Positions 29,413 to 37,922 of a stretch of 41,993 nt of DNA are shown here, one piece after another. Origin of the DNA: Proteobacteria bacterium TMED61. GTDB taxonomy: Bacteria > Pseudomonadota > Gammaproteobacteria > Arenicellales > UBA868. The notes below the pieces were generated by a model. That model was not told the DNA's origin and ran no database searches. It saw nothing but the letters and a program-made list of their open reading frames with translations. Within the stretch, counting starts at the first letter, position 1, and the number at the start of each line of letters is the position of its first letter. Made by a program: the position numbers and the translations under genes. Where the stretch lies: assembly GCA_002171735.1 (NCBI GenBank), contig NHDO01000041.1:20630-62622 (forward strand), read 5' to 3'.

Positions 29413-29451
29413 GGTCAGTGTTATTTGGCTTAGATGATTTTTGCGGATTGC

Positions 29452-29817
29452 TTATTCAAGGTCAAACAGCCAGCTCTTATCGATTTTGCAGAACCCGTAA
29501 CCTGTTGAAAAAGTTTCACCGTTGCTGGTGGTTTCAAGAGTCATCTTGCGGCATGAAAGATCCTGCTTCTGGTAATCCTTCGTTACCGTCCAGACGCTAG
29601 TTAGGCGCCCATCTGTCGTCTGCCAAGCCACCGGGGTGTCGATTTCAGCGGTATCGAGTGTGGCGTTGATTTCATTGAGCAAGGCGTCGAGTTCAGCACC
29701 GGCCAGTGAGGCAAGGGGTGAATCACGAAGAAACAAAGAGTTCTGTGCAATGGCAGCTGAAGTGCTGCAAAGCAGCAGTATCGCCAACAGACTGTGTTTG
29801 ATAGTTTTGATGGACAT
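29452..29817 (-). CDS. Small exported protein, RT0821/Lpp0805 (17-kDa surface antigen-like) family
   Basis: Signal peptide, helix ending TLD, V.W, CRK, G..CK..W pattern; AGAGGA RBS. Confidence 0.65.
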   Translation of the reverse strand: MSIKTIKHSLLAILLLCSTSAAIAQNSLFLRDSPLASLAGAELDALLNEINATLDTAEIDTPVAWQTTDGRLTSVWTVTKDYQKQDLSCRKMTLETTSNGETFSTGYGFCKIDKSWLFDLE

Positions 29818-29826
29818 TATCCTCTG

Positions 29827-30019
29827 TCATCTCCGGGTGTCGCTGGGCCTGGCTTGCTGTTTCCTTGGCAACGGCTCCAGCGGCTGTTAGGGCCGGGGTA
29901 ACGGCCTCGACCAGGACCCTCTTGGGCGCGAATTTGATTCCTGCCTCTGCGAAAGCAGATTGGATTTCAGCGTCCGCCACCCGCCGAACTGCCCATTGAT
30001 TTCCAGGTGCAGTCATGAA
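29827..30019 (-). pseudogene. C-terminal remnant of an MscS-family mechanosensitive channel
   Basis: FMTAPGNQWAVRRVA.AEIQSAFAEAGIKFA.KRVLV matches the MscS cytoplasmic C-terminus; no TM-encoding region upstream (in-frame TAG at about 30065). Confidence 0.6.
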
Positions 30020-30089
30020 TGGCAGCTCCTGGCACCAAATCGGGATAGTGATGATAGATGCCCGCTAAATCTGGAACCGCTCCCTCGCA

Positions 30090-30300
30090 GTGGTAGTTTT
30101 TATCGCAGCTTGTAGGGTGAGTGGCTGGCTTCATGCCGACGAGGTGTCTGCGGCTCCTGAGAAGTTGTCACCGTGGCTGATGGCACCGCTGTTGATGAGT
30201 AATTCCAAGATGGATACTTCGGTTGGGGCTCTGGCCGGGCATCTAACTGAATTTGATCCAAAGTCGAGTCGTTCGATATTTGGAGCCTCAGGCGTACTCA
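30090..30300 (+). pseudogene. N-terminal remnant of an outer-membrane (BamA/TamA-like) protein
   Basis: Degenerate signal peptide then SPWLMAPLLMSNSKMDTSVGALAGHL..FD..S..SIFGASG; similarity ends at the stop of the convergent gene. Confidence 0.45.
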
Positions 30301-30780
30301 GCAGAGCACCTCGAACTCCGTATCAAGACGGGTGTCGTCGTCGACCCGTAGCGTAAGTTGCCAAAGACCGATAAAGCTATCCATCCCGAGGGCAGGGCTG
30401 AAAAAACTGAAAAGGGCAGAGCCTTTGGGTGGATGCAGTTTCAGCCAAATCGTAATGCGTGTAGCACCTGCACCATTGAAAGGATAGTCGATATGCTCGC
30501 GGATTTTTCCGCTCGGATCAGTCCAGTCGGCCTGCAAACGATGTTCACCGCTATCCAGTTCAAGGAGATCGATAACGGCATAAATCTTGTCGTTGCATCC
30601 GAACCGACTTGTATCCTTTTCGACGGGGGTGCCGTTTTGGACGGTCGAGCTTAGCCACACACTGAGGTTGGAATTGGCTTCGCTGTTTGAAACACTCCCG
30701 ATAAAAAGAACGGCACAAACCGCCTGTAAGATGGTTCGGTAGCGGCCTGACCGGCCGGTTCTAATGGCGACGGCCGGCAT
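30298..30780 (-). CDS. Hypothetical exported beta-rich protein
   Basis: 160 aa, signal-like N-terminus, W.DPSGK and G.W.L.L.VD beta-sandwich-like pattern; directly abuts the upstream gene stop. Confidence 0.65.
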   Translation of the reverse strand: MPAVAIRTGRSGRYRTILQAVCAVLFIGSVSNSEANSNLSVWLSSTVQNGTPVEKDTSRFGCNDKIYAVIDLLELDSGEHRLQADWTDPSGKIREHIDYPFNGAGATRITIWLKLHPPKGSALFSFFSPALGMDSFIGLWQLTLRVDDDTRLDTEFEVLC

Positions 30781-32160
30781 TTAGGCGGCTTTCATAAGCA
30801 GGTTCTCGGTCTCGCTCACCGCGAGAGCCAGCAAATCAAATAATTCGTCAATTTGCGCTTTGGTAATGATGAGCGGAGGGCAGATACCGATGACATCCCC
30901 GGGAAGTGCCCGAACAATCAGACCCTTTGCCAGCGCTGCCGCAGCCACCTGTGCTCCGGCTTTCGCCTCGGGCGGATATTGATCGCGCGTTGATTTGTCC
31001 ATGACCAGTTCCAGTGCGCCGATGAGTCCCACGCCACGGGCCTCACCAACGATTGGGCTCGCCCCGAATTCGGCAAGGCGCCCCTGGAAATGCGGCGCCA
31101 CACTCCTTACGTGGCCAAGGATATTGCGCTCTTCATAGATCTTGAGCGTTTCAAGTGCCACAGCACAAGAAACTGGATGACCGCCGTAGGTGTATCCCAT
31201 CCCCAAGGCGCCGTGCTTTTTACTTTGTGACTTGAGAACGTCATAGATTTTGTCAGAGATCATTAGTGCCGAGATTGGCAGATAGCCTGAAGAAAGTTGC
31301 TTTGCACAGGTCACCATGTCGGGTTGGATACCGTAAGTCTCAGAACCCCACATGTTGCCCGTTCGTCCGAAGCCGCAGATGACTTCGTCGGCCACCATCA
31401 GCACATCGTATTTGCGCAACACCGCCTGAATTTTTTCAAAGTAGGTGGCCGGGGGAGTCATGACGCCACCAGCACCCATGACGGGTTCTGCCACGAATGC
31501 CGCGACGGTGTCAGGACCTTCCTTGAGGATCAACTGCTCCAGGTTGTCCGCAAGACGGGTGGCGAAGGCTTCTTCGGTTTCTCCGGTCTCGCTGTATCGG
31601 TAATATCCCGCCGTATCGGTATGAATCATCCGGTCCAGCGGAAGGTCAAAATCATTCTGCATCAGGGGAATCGCAGTGAGACTGCCCCCGGCCACAGTCA
31701 CGCCGTGATAGCCCCGCTTGCGTGAGATGATTTTCTTTTTCTTCGGCAGACCACGACCGTTGTTGTAGTACCAGGTAAAGCGGATCATTGCGTCGATCGC
31801 TTCCGACCCCGAACTCAGGAAGAAGGCCTTGGTCATGGGCTTAGGCGCGACTTCCATCAATTTCTCCGACAGGGCAATCACCGGTTCAGTAGAGCGATGG
31901 GCGAACGTATGCGAGTAGGGCAGTGCTGCAAATTGATCAGCAGCTGCCTGAGCCAGCCGGGGCTCGGAAAAGCCCAACGAAACACACCAAAGACCGCCCA
32001 GGCCCTCAAGATATCGATTGTCCTGGTCATCCCAGACGTAGACACCTTCTCCACGGGAAATCACCAGCGGCCCCTGTTCTTCATGGGCTGCAAGGTTGGT
32101 ATAGGGGTGCAGTGCGTGAGCGATGTCCTTTTTCTGAGTTTCGCTAATAGGTTTGTTCAT
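30781..32160 (-). CDS. Class III PLP aminotransferase (putrescine/omega-amine:pyruvate, SpuC-like)
   Basis: LHPYTN, GGLWCVSLG, SSGSEA, GYHGVT, AEPVMGAGG, ADEVICGFGRTG, CAKQLSSGYLP. Confidence 0.9.
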   Translation of the reverse strand: MNKPISETQKKDIAHALHPYTNLAAHEEQGPLVISRGEGVYVWDDQDNRYLEGLGGLWCVSLGFSEPRLAQAAADQFAALPYSHTFAHRSTEPVIALSEKLMEVAPKPMTKAFFLSSGSEAIDAMIRFTWYYNNGRGLPKKKKIISRKRGYHGVTVAGGSLTAIPLMQNDFDLPLDRMIHTDTAGYYRYSETGETEEAFATRLADNLEQLILKEGPDTVAAFVAEPVMGAGGVMTPPATYFEKIQAVLRKYDVLMVADEVICGFGRTGNMWGSETYGIQPDMVTCAKQLSSGYLPISALMISDKIYDVLKSQSKKHGALGMGYTYGGHPVSCAVALETLKIYEERNILGHVRSVAPHFQGRLAEFGASPIVGEARGVGLIGALELVMDKSTRDQYPPEAKAGAQVAAAALAKGLIVRALPGDVIGICPPLIITKAQIDELFDLLALAVSETENLLMKAA

Positions 32161-32672
32161 GGAGGCCTCGATGGTGCCGATCAGGATGTGATGTTGGCTA
32201 GCGGTGAGTTTGTTACATAACCGGGAAACATTCTGCCTTTAAAGTCTGCAATCAACAAGCGCGCGTTATCGGGGCTACGCGAACGAAAACAGCGCCCATA
32301 TGGCCTCCCGACCCTCAGCATAGACCAGGCACGAAACCCACCCAGACGTCGGTTCCACACCTTGGCCGGGGTCAGTTGCCATCTCCTGTCGCGAAGCCCT
32401 GGGAGGGCATCGCAATGAAAGATGCTTGACAGACTTTCGATGGATTACCTGTCACATTAGATTTTAAAAGTCAGGCTGCTGACCTTGTGAAGTTCCTGAG
32501 AAAGGCCGACAATCGGCACCATCAGTACAAGAATCAGCATCGTTGTTCGCGATATTTGGGTCAGGACTCTGTACGGAGCAGGGCCAACTGGGCAGTATTT
32601 TCGCATGATGCTCAAATGGTTATCGGGTTGGTGCTGACTTAGCAGGACCCACATTGCAAAGGAGTCAGGAAG

Positions 32673-34190
32673 ATGGATACAGCCGTCAAGGAAGTCGTAG
32701 GCCATTACATCGGTGGCCAGACCGTTTCAGGTTCCAGTGGTCGTTTTGGCGACGTTTACAATCCCGCTACGGGTGACGTGGCGAGAACGGTTGCGTTGGC
32801 GAGTGCCGACGAGGTTCGCCGGGCTATCGACAACGCGGCAGAGGCACTGGTGGGCTGGGCTGAGGTGCCGCCGGCGCGGCGGGTGCAGGTGCTGTACCGT
32901 TATCGCGAGTTGCTGATCCAGAATATGGACGAACTGGCGCGGCTTCTTTCTTCTGAGCACGGTAAGACGGTTGAGGATGCCAAGGGGTCGATCACGCGGG
33001 GACTGGAAGTGGTCGAGTTCGCCTGCGGTATTCCCCAACTGCTGAAGGGCGAGTTCAGCGAAGGTGTTGCCGGCGGTGTCGATTCGTGGAGCATGCGGCA
33101 GCCGCTAGGAGTCGTTGCGGGAATTACCCCTTTCAATTTCCCCGCTATGGTGCCAATGTGGATGTTTCCCGTCGCGATTGCGTGTGGCAATACCTTTATT
33201 CTTAAACCCTCTGAGCGCAATCCCTCATGTGCCGCATATATGGCACGGCTGATGACGGAGGCGGGTTTACCGGATGGTGTTCTCAACGTGGTCAATGGCG
33301 ATAAAGAGGCCGTTGATACCCTGCTGACGGATCCAACCGTCCAGGGGGTCAGTTTTGTGGGATCGACCAATGTAGGCGAGTACATCTACCGAACGGGATG
33401 CGCGCACGGCAAACGGGTTCAGGCGCTTTGTGGCGCAAAGAATCATATGGTCGTTATGCCTGATGCAGATATGGGGCAGGTGGTCGATGCCATCATGGGG
33501 GCGGCGTATGGCTCTGCGGGAGAACGCTGCATGGCGATTTCGGTGGTGGTGGCGGTGGGTGATGACACGGCTGACCGCATGATGGAGCAACTCGTTCCGA
33601 GGATCGAAACTCTGAAGGTCGGTGCCTATGATCAGGATGGCGTTGAAATGGGTCCTGTGATCACGCCGGATGCCCGGGATCGGATCAAAGGTTACATCGA
33701 CCGTGGTGTTGAAGAGGGCGCGGATCTTGTTGTTGATGGTCGCGATATTTCGATTTCGGGCTACGAGGCGGGATGCTTTGTTGGAGCAACTGTATTTGAT
33801 CGCGTGACGTCCAAGATGGATATCTATCGCGATGAGATTTTCGGACCGGTCCTGTCAGTGGTCCGTGTGGATAACTATGAAGAAGCCCTAAATCTTGTTA
33901 ATGACCACGAGTATGGAAATGGGACGGCAATCTTTACTCGTGACGGCGATACGGCGCGTGATTTTGGTCATCGCGCCCGAATCGGCATGGTGGGGGTCAA
34001 CGTTCCAATTCCGGTTCCGCTCGCCTTCCACAGTTTTGGTGGTTGGAAGCGTTCACTCTTTGGTGATCACTACATGCACGGGCCTGAAGGCGTTCGCTTT
34101 TATACCCGAATGAAAACGCTGACCTCGCGCTGGCCCTCTGGTATTAAGGAAGGTGCGGTGTTCAATTTCAAGGCCGGCGGCGAACACTAA
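32673..34190 (+). CDS. mmsA: CoA-acylating (methyl)malonate-semialdehyde dehydrogenase
   Basis: ITPFNFPAMVPMW, LKPSE, GAKNH, GSAGERCMA, GVNVPIPVP. Confidence 0.94.
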   Translation: MDTAVKEVVGHYIGGQTVSGSSGRFGDVYNPATGDVARTVALASADEVRRAIDNAAEALVGWAEVPPARRVQVLYRYRELLIQNMDELARLLSSEHGKTVEDAKGSITRGLEVVEFACGIPQLLKGEFSEGVAGGVDSWSMRQPLGVVAGITPFNFPAMVPMWMFPVAIACGNTFILKPSERNPSCAAYMARLMTEAGLPDGVLNVVNGDKEAVDTLLTDPTVQGVSFVGSTNVGEYIYRTGCAHGKRVQALCGAKNHMVVMPDADMGQVVDAIMGAAYGSAGERCMAISVVVAVGDDTADRMMEQLVPRIETLKVGAYDQDGVEMGPVITPDARDRIKGYIDRGVEEGADLVVDGRDISISGYEAGCFVGATVFDRVTSKMDIYRDEIFGPVLSVVRVDNYEEALNLVNDHEYGNGTAIFTRDGDTARDFGHRARIGMVGVNVPIPVPLAFHSFGGWKRSLFGDHYMHGPEGVRFYTRMKTLTSRWPSGIKEGAVFNFKAGGEH

Positions 34191-34235
34191 GCGCTTACCA
34201 GAATTTTCTCCCTCGATGCCATGGTAGCGGAGACG

Positions 34236-35093
34236 TTACTGATCGAGTCTCAGATTGTCGATCAGGCGAACTGAACCGATACGGACGGCGATTAACGCTT
34301 GACCGTGTTCGAGAGGGGTTGTCTGAGGCTGGGCAATCCAGCGGCCCGGGTCACGGACTTCGGCGTATTCCACAACGAGTCCATCATGGTTCAGACATTC
34401 AATCATGATGGCTGAGAGCCTACCCGGGTCTCTTTCTCCGGATGACCAGGCATCGCGCGCTGCGAGTAGTGCGGGATAAATTTGTTGCGCCCGGGTTTTC
34501 TCATCAGCACTCAGCCGGACGTTGCGCGATGACAGCGCAAGGCCTGAATCTTCTCGAACAGTGGGGCACACCACAACTTCCGGATAACCCATTTGCTGGG
34601 CAAGGTCCGCGACCACCAGTGTCTGTTGAAAATCTTTTTCTCCAAAATAGACCCGGGAAGCGCCTACGGTGAGAAACAGTCGCTCCACGATGGTCCTCAC
34701 ACCGTCGAGGTGTCCGGGCCTGAACTGCTCTTCGAGGCCTGACCCGTAAGGTCCGGCCGGGAGTGTCTTGATCTGGTTGATATCAGAGCTCTCGGGAAAA
34801 AACTGATCAAGGCTTCCCATAAAGACCATGTTGCAACCATGAGCCTCGAGCAGAGCGAGATCAGACTCGGTGTCCCTCGGGTAAGCGTTGTAGTCCTCGG
34901 TGTCCTCAAACTGGAGCGGGTTGATGAAGATGCTGGCGCAGCACGCAGCATTCTCGTCGCACGCCCGGGTAATGAGCGACAGGTGTCCGTTGTGTAGTGC
35001 ACCCATGGTAGGGACGAAGCCGATGCTGCTTCCACGCTCACGCTGCGCAGAGCACCAGTGCGCGGCCTCGGCAGGGGAATCAAGATGCAACAT
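34236..35093 (-). CDS. panC: Pantoate--beta-alanine ligase
   Basis: GFVPTMGALHNGH, SIFINPLQF, RPGH, FGEKDFQQ, GLALSSRN, RLIDN. Confidence 0.95.
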   Translation of the reverse strand: MLHLDSPAEAAHWCSAQRERGSSIGFVPTMGALHNGHLSLITRACDENAACCASIFINPLQFEDTEDYNAYPRDTESDLALLEAHGCNMVFMGSLDQFFPESSDINQIKTLPAGPYGSGLEEQFRPGHLDGVRTIVERLFLTVGASRVYFGEKDFQQTLVVADLAQQMGYPEVVVCPTVREDSGLALSSRNVRLSADEKTRAQQIYPALLAARDAWSSGERDPGRLSAIMIECLNHDGLVVEYAEVRDPGRWIAQPQTTPLEHGQALIAVRIGSVRLIDNLRLDQ

Positions 35094-35108
35094 AGCGTGA
35101 AATAGTAT

Positions 35109-35131
35109 GACATGCTGCAGTGCAGCATGTC
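35109..35131. promoter_or_regulatory. Perfect 11-1-11 palindrome upstream of panC, candidate operator (PhaR-box-like)
   Basis: GACATGCTGCA-G-TGCAGCATGTC, 15 nt upstream of the panC ATG. Confidence 0.55.
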
Positions 35132-35179
35132 CACGTCTGCCACCTTCTGATGGTCACAGCGAGCAGCGCAGGTACTGGG

Positions 35180-36136
35180 TCAGGAGCGTTTTGCGACGAC
35201 TTCTTGGCCGACGACTTCCAACTCCTCATCTACGAGTTCCGCAGGGAAACCGGGCGCGAGCAACTGATCGGCACAGGCGTCTTCCAGTCGACGAACGATA
35301 TTCGTAGACCACTCGCGGCCGCCATATCGATGCTGGCCGTCTTCAAAGATCTTAAGCAGGAGGGGTGAAATCTCCAGCGGCACGTCTGCACGATCAGCAA
35401 TGGCCTGAAAGAGTGACAGGTCCTTTACCACCAGATCCATTGTGAAGTTCACGTTCCGGCTTCCGTTCAGAATGACCTGGCTTTCGGTTTCGTGCACAAA
35501 GGAGTTACCTGATGAGATCCGGATAGCTTCAAAAGTGGTGTTGAGATCGATTCCAACCCTATGCATGGTCATTAGCGCTTCACTGAGTGACGCCAAGTTA
35601 ACGGAAGCAAGATAATTGGTCATGACTTTCAGTGTTGAGGCAGATCCAAGAGCGCCGGTATGAAGGACACGACGGCCCATCGTGGTCAGCACCGGCAATA
35701 CTTTTTCGAATGTGGTCCGTTCTGTTCCGGCAAAAATGGAGATATTGCCCGAGGCGGCGCGATGACAGCCACCGGATACTGGGCAATCGATCGGTTCGCC
35801 ACCCGCGGCCGAGACCTTTTGCCCAAGACGGGAGACCTCAAGCGCGTCAGTGGTACTCATTTCGGCCCAGATTTTCCCTGGCGCCATCGAGTGCAGCGCG
35901 CCGTCGTCACCTTCCATCACGGCGGCACTGGCAGCAGGACTTGGCAGGCAGGTAATCAGAAAGTCAACGTCCCGCATGATCTCGGCAGGGCTTGCGCCAA
36001 CGTGGGCACCCTGATTTGAAAAAGCATGCTCAAGATCCGGATCTAGGTCCCGAACGGTAAGGTCAAAGCCGTTCCTCAGCAGTGTACCGGCGAGTTTCCC
36101 CCCGACATTGCCGAGGCCGATGAATCCAATCTTCAT
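35180..36136 (-). CDS. NAD(P)-dependent beta-hydroxyacid dehydrogenase (3-hydroxyisobutyrate DH family)
   Basis: IGFIGLGNVG, DCPVSGG, catalytic K in LKVMTNYL, FTMDLVVKDL. Confidence 0.88.
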   Translation of the reverse strand: MKIGFIGLGNVGGKLAGTLLRNGFDLTVRDLDPDLEHAFSNQGAHVGASPAEIMRDVDFLITCLPSPAASAAVMEGDDGALHSMAPGKIWAEMSTTDALEVSRLGQKVSAAGGEPIDCPVSGGCHRAASGNISIFAGTERTTFEKVLPVLTTMGRRVLHTGALGSASTLKVMTNYLASVNLASLSEALMTMHRVGIDLNTTFEAIRISSGNSFVHETESQVILNGSRNVNFTMDLVVKDLSLFQAIADRADVPLEISPLLLKIFEDGQHRYGGREWSTNIVRRLEDACADQLLAPGFPAELVDEELEVVGQEVVAKRS

Positions 36137-36175
36137 GCTGCCTCCCAGGATGCGAATGATCTTTGTAGACGCGTT

Positions 36176-36700
36176 CTACGAGCCTAGCGCACACAGACCG
36201 GTACGGTAGCGCTCAGCTTTTTTAAGGTAGCTTTCAACGTTACGGCTGAGTTGCTCAACCTCTTCATCAGTGAGCTCCCGGACCACCTTTGCGGGAGCGC
36301 CGATAATCAGCGACCGGGCAGGAAAGTGTTTGCGTTCGGTCACCAAGGCATGGGCGCCAACGAGGCTGTTCTCGCCAATTTCCGCAAAATCGAGGACGAC
36401 GGCTCCGTTTCCGATTAACACTTTGTCGCAGATCGTACACCCGTGGATTACCACGCTATGACCGACCGAGACATCGTCGCCAATAGTCACCGGTACGCCC
36501 GCGTCTATATGGATCACCGTGTTGTCCTGGATGTTACTTCTCGCGCCCACTGAGATCTGATCGTTGTCCCCACGCAAAACAGCCCCGAACCACACACTTG
36601 ATTGCGAGCCGAGACTAACTGATCCGATCACGTCGGCACTGGGGGCGACATAGGCGTCTTCAGCCACTTGTGGAATTTGGTTGCCCAGCTGATAGATCAT
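36176..36700 (-). CDS. Gamma carbonic anhydrase family protein (YrdA-like)
   Basis: Hexapeptide repeats, VLRGDN, SNIQDNTVIH, VGHSVVIHGC. Confidence 0.92.
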   Translation of the reverse strand: MIYQLGNQIPQVAEDAYVAPSADVIGSVSLGSQSSVWFGAVLRGDNDQISVGARSNIQDNTVIHIDAGVPVTIGDDVSVGHSVVIHGCTICDKVLIGNGAVVLDFAEIGENSLVGAHALVTERKHFPARSLIIGAPAKVVRELTDEEVEQLSRNVESYLKKAERYRTGLCALGS

Positions 36701-36742
36701 CGTGGCGCTTCCGGCGTTCGCCTTACCCTGTTACCCGGTGGA

Positions 36743-37777
36743 TCAGGAGAGGCGGGTAAAGACGGGAGTCTCATCAGACAACAGCGTTCCTTTTCGTAAC
36801 TGGCCGATCAGTCCCGAGAGTCGGTCGAGCACCTTTTTCTTTACCGTATATTCGACCTCAAAGATGTCGGCGGTTTCTCGAAGACTCATCAGGTAATCAT
36901 CACTGGTACGGATGTCATCCACCAGGTTAAGATGATGAGCCTGGCGGCCCAGCCAGTGCTCACCGGTTGCTACCGTGTCCAAATCGATTACCGGACGACA
37001 TTCCTTGACGAAATCTTTGAACAGCGTATGCGTCTGTTCAACTTCTTCTTTGACTTTAGCGCGGGCCCGGTCAGTGGTTTCTCCCAGCATGCTAATGGTG
37101 CGTTTGTATTCGCCGGCCGAAATCTGCTCGTAGTCGATATCGTGTTTCTTCAGAAGCCGGTTGAAGTTGGGAATCTCCGCAACAACGCCGATAGAGCCGA
37201 TGACCGCAAAAGGGGCTGCCAGTATTCGGTTGGCAACACAGGCCATCAGGTAGCCACCACTTGCGGCCACTTTGTCGACCGATACCGTGACGTGAACCCC
37301 GGCATCGCGAAGACGCATGATTTGAGAGGCAGCAAGGCCATAGGCGTGGACCATGCCGCCTGCGCTTTCCAGACACACGACCACTTCATCCCCTTCGCGG
37401 ACCCCCACGAGAATTGCCGTGACTTCCTCTCGCAGTAAAGACACTTCACTCGCCCGGATATCACCATGAAAGTTCAGCACAAACACTCGCTTTTTCGGAT
37501 CCTCCGGAGCATTTTTTTGAGCCTTGGCTTCAGCTTTTCGCTCCTTCTTTTGTATTTTCTGGTGTTTTTTGGCCAGTGCGGGCGCCAGAGTAGCCGTCTC
37601 GAGCGCATCCGCCATTTCCCGATATCGATCATTAATGCGCCTGACCTCAATCTGTTCTGCGGGCGCGTGGCGATTGCGCATAGCAATGCCGATGAGGCTA
37701 ACCAGCACGCCCATAATCATCAGGAAGAGCGTTAACACTTTTGCGAAGAACAGGCCGTATTCCGCCAGGTAGGCCAT
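36743..37777 (-). CDS. sohB: Inner-membrane S49 peptidase SohB
   Basis: YGLFFAK N-terminal TM, LESAGGMVHAYGLAASQ, VDKVAASGGY, AGEYKRT. Confidence 0.94.
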   Translation of the reverse strand: MAYLAEYGLFFAKVLTLFLMIMGVLVSLIGIAMRNRHAPAEQIEVRRINDRYREMADALETATLAPALAKKHQKIQKKERKAEAKAQKNAPEDPKKRVFVLNFHGDIRASEVSLLREEVTAILVGVREGDEVVVCLESAGGMVHAYGLAASQIMRLRDAGVHVTVSVDKVAASGGYLMACVANRILAAPFAVIGSIGVVAEIPNFNRLLKKHDIDYEQISAGEYKRTISMLGETTDRARAKVKEEVEQTHTLFKDFVKECRPVIDLDTVATGEHWLGRQAHHLNLVDDIRTSDDYLMSLRETADIFEVEYTVKKKVLDRLSGLIGQLRKGTLLSDETPVFTRLS

Positions 37778-37922
37778 AGGGATTTCCAGAGCACGTCGAA
37801 AGGGACGGCGAGTGTAGCATTGGCGGACCCATTTCGTGATATGTTCCGCCGGTCAAAACATCTTCAAGACAGCTCAATATGCACAACATCCAAGCGCAGC
37901 TCAGTCGGGGGTCCTTCACCTG

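Noticed and set aside
32490-32540. CTGAGA / TCTCAGG as a TPP or glycine riboswitch fragment
   Set aside because: Other conserved elements of either aptamer are missing
32457-32705. 82-aa minus-strand ORF with a hydrophobic stretch
   Set aside because: Overlaps the mmsA start and RBS and has no clear RBS of its own; a smaller peptide cannot be fully excluded
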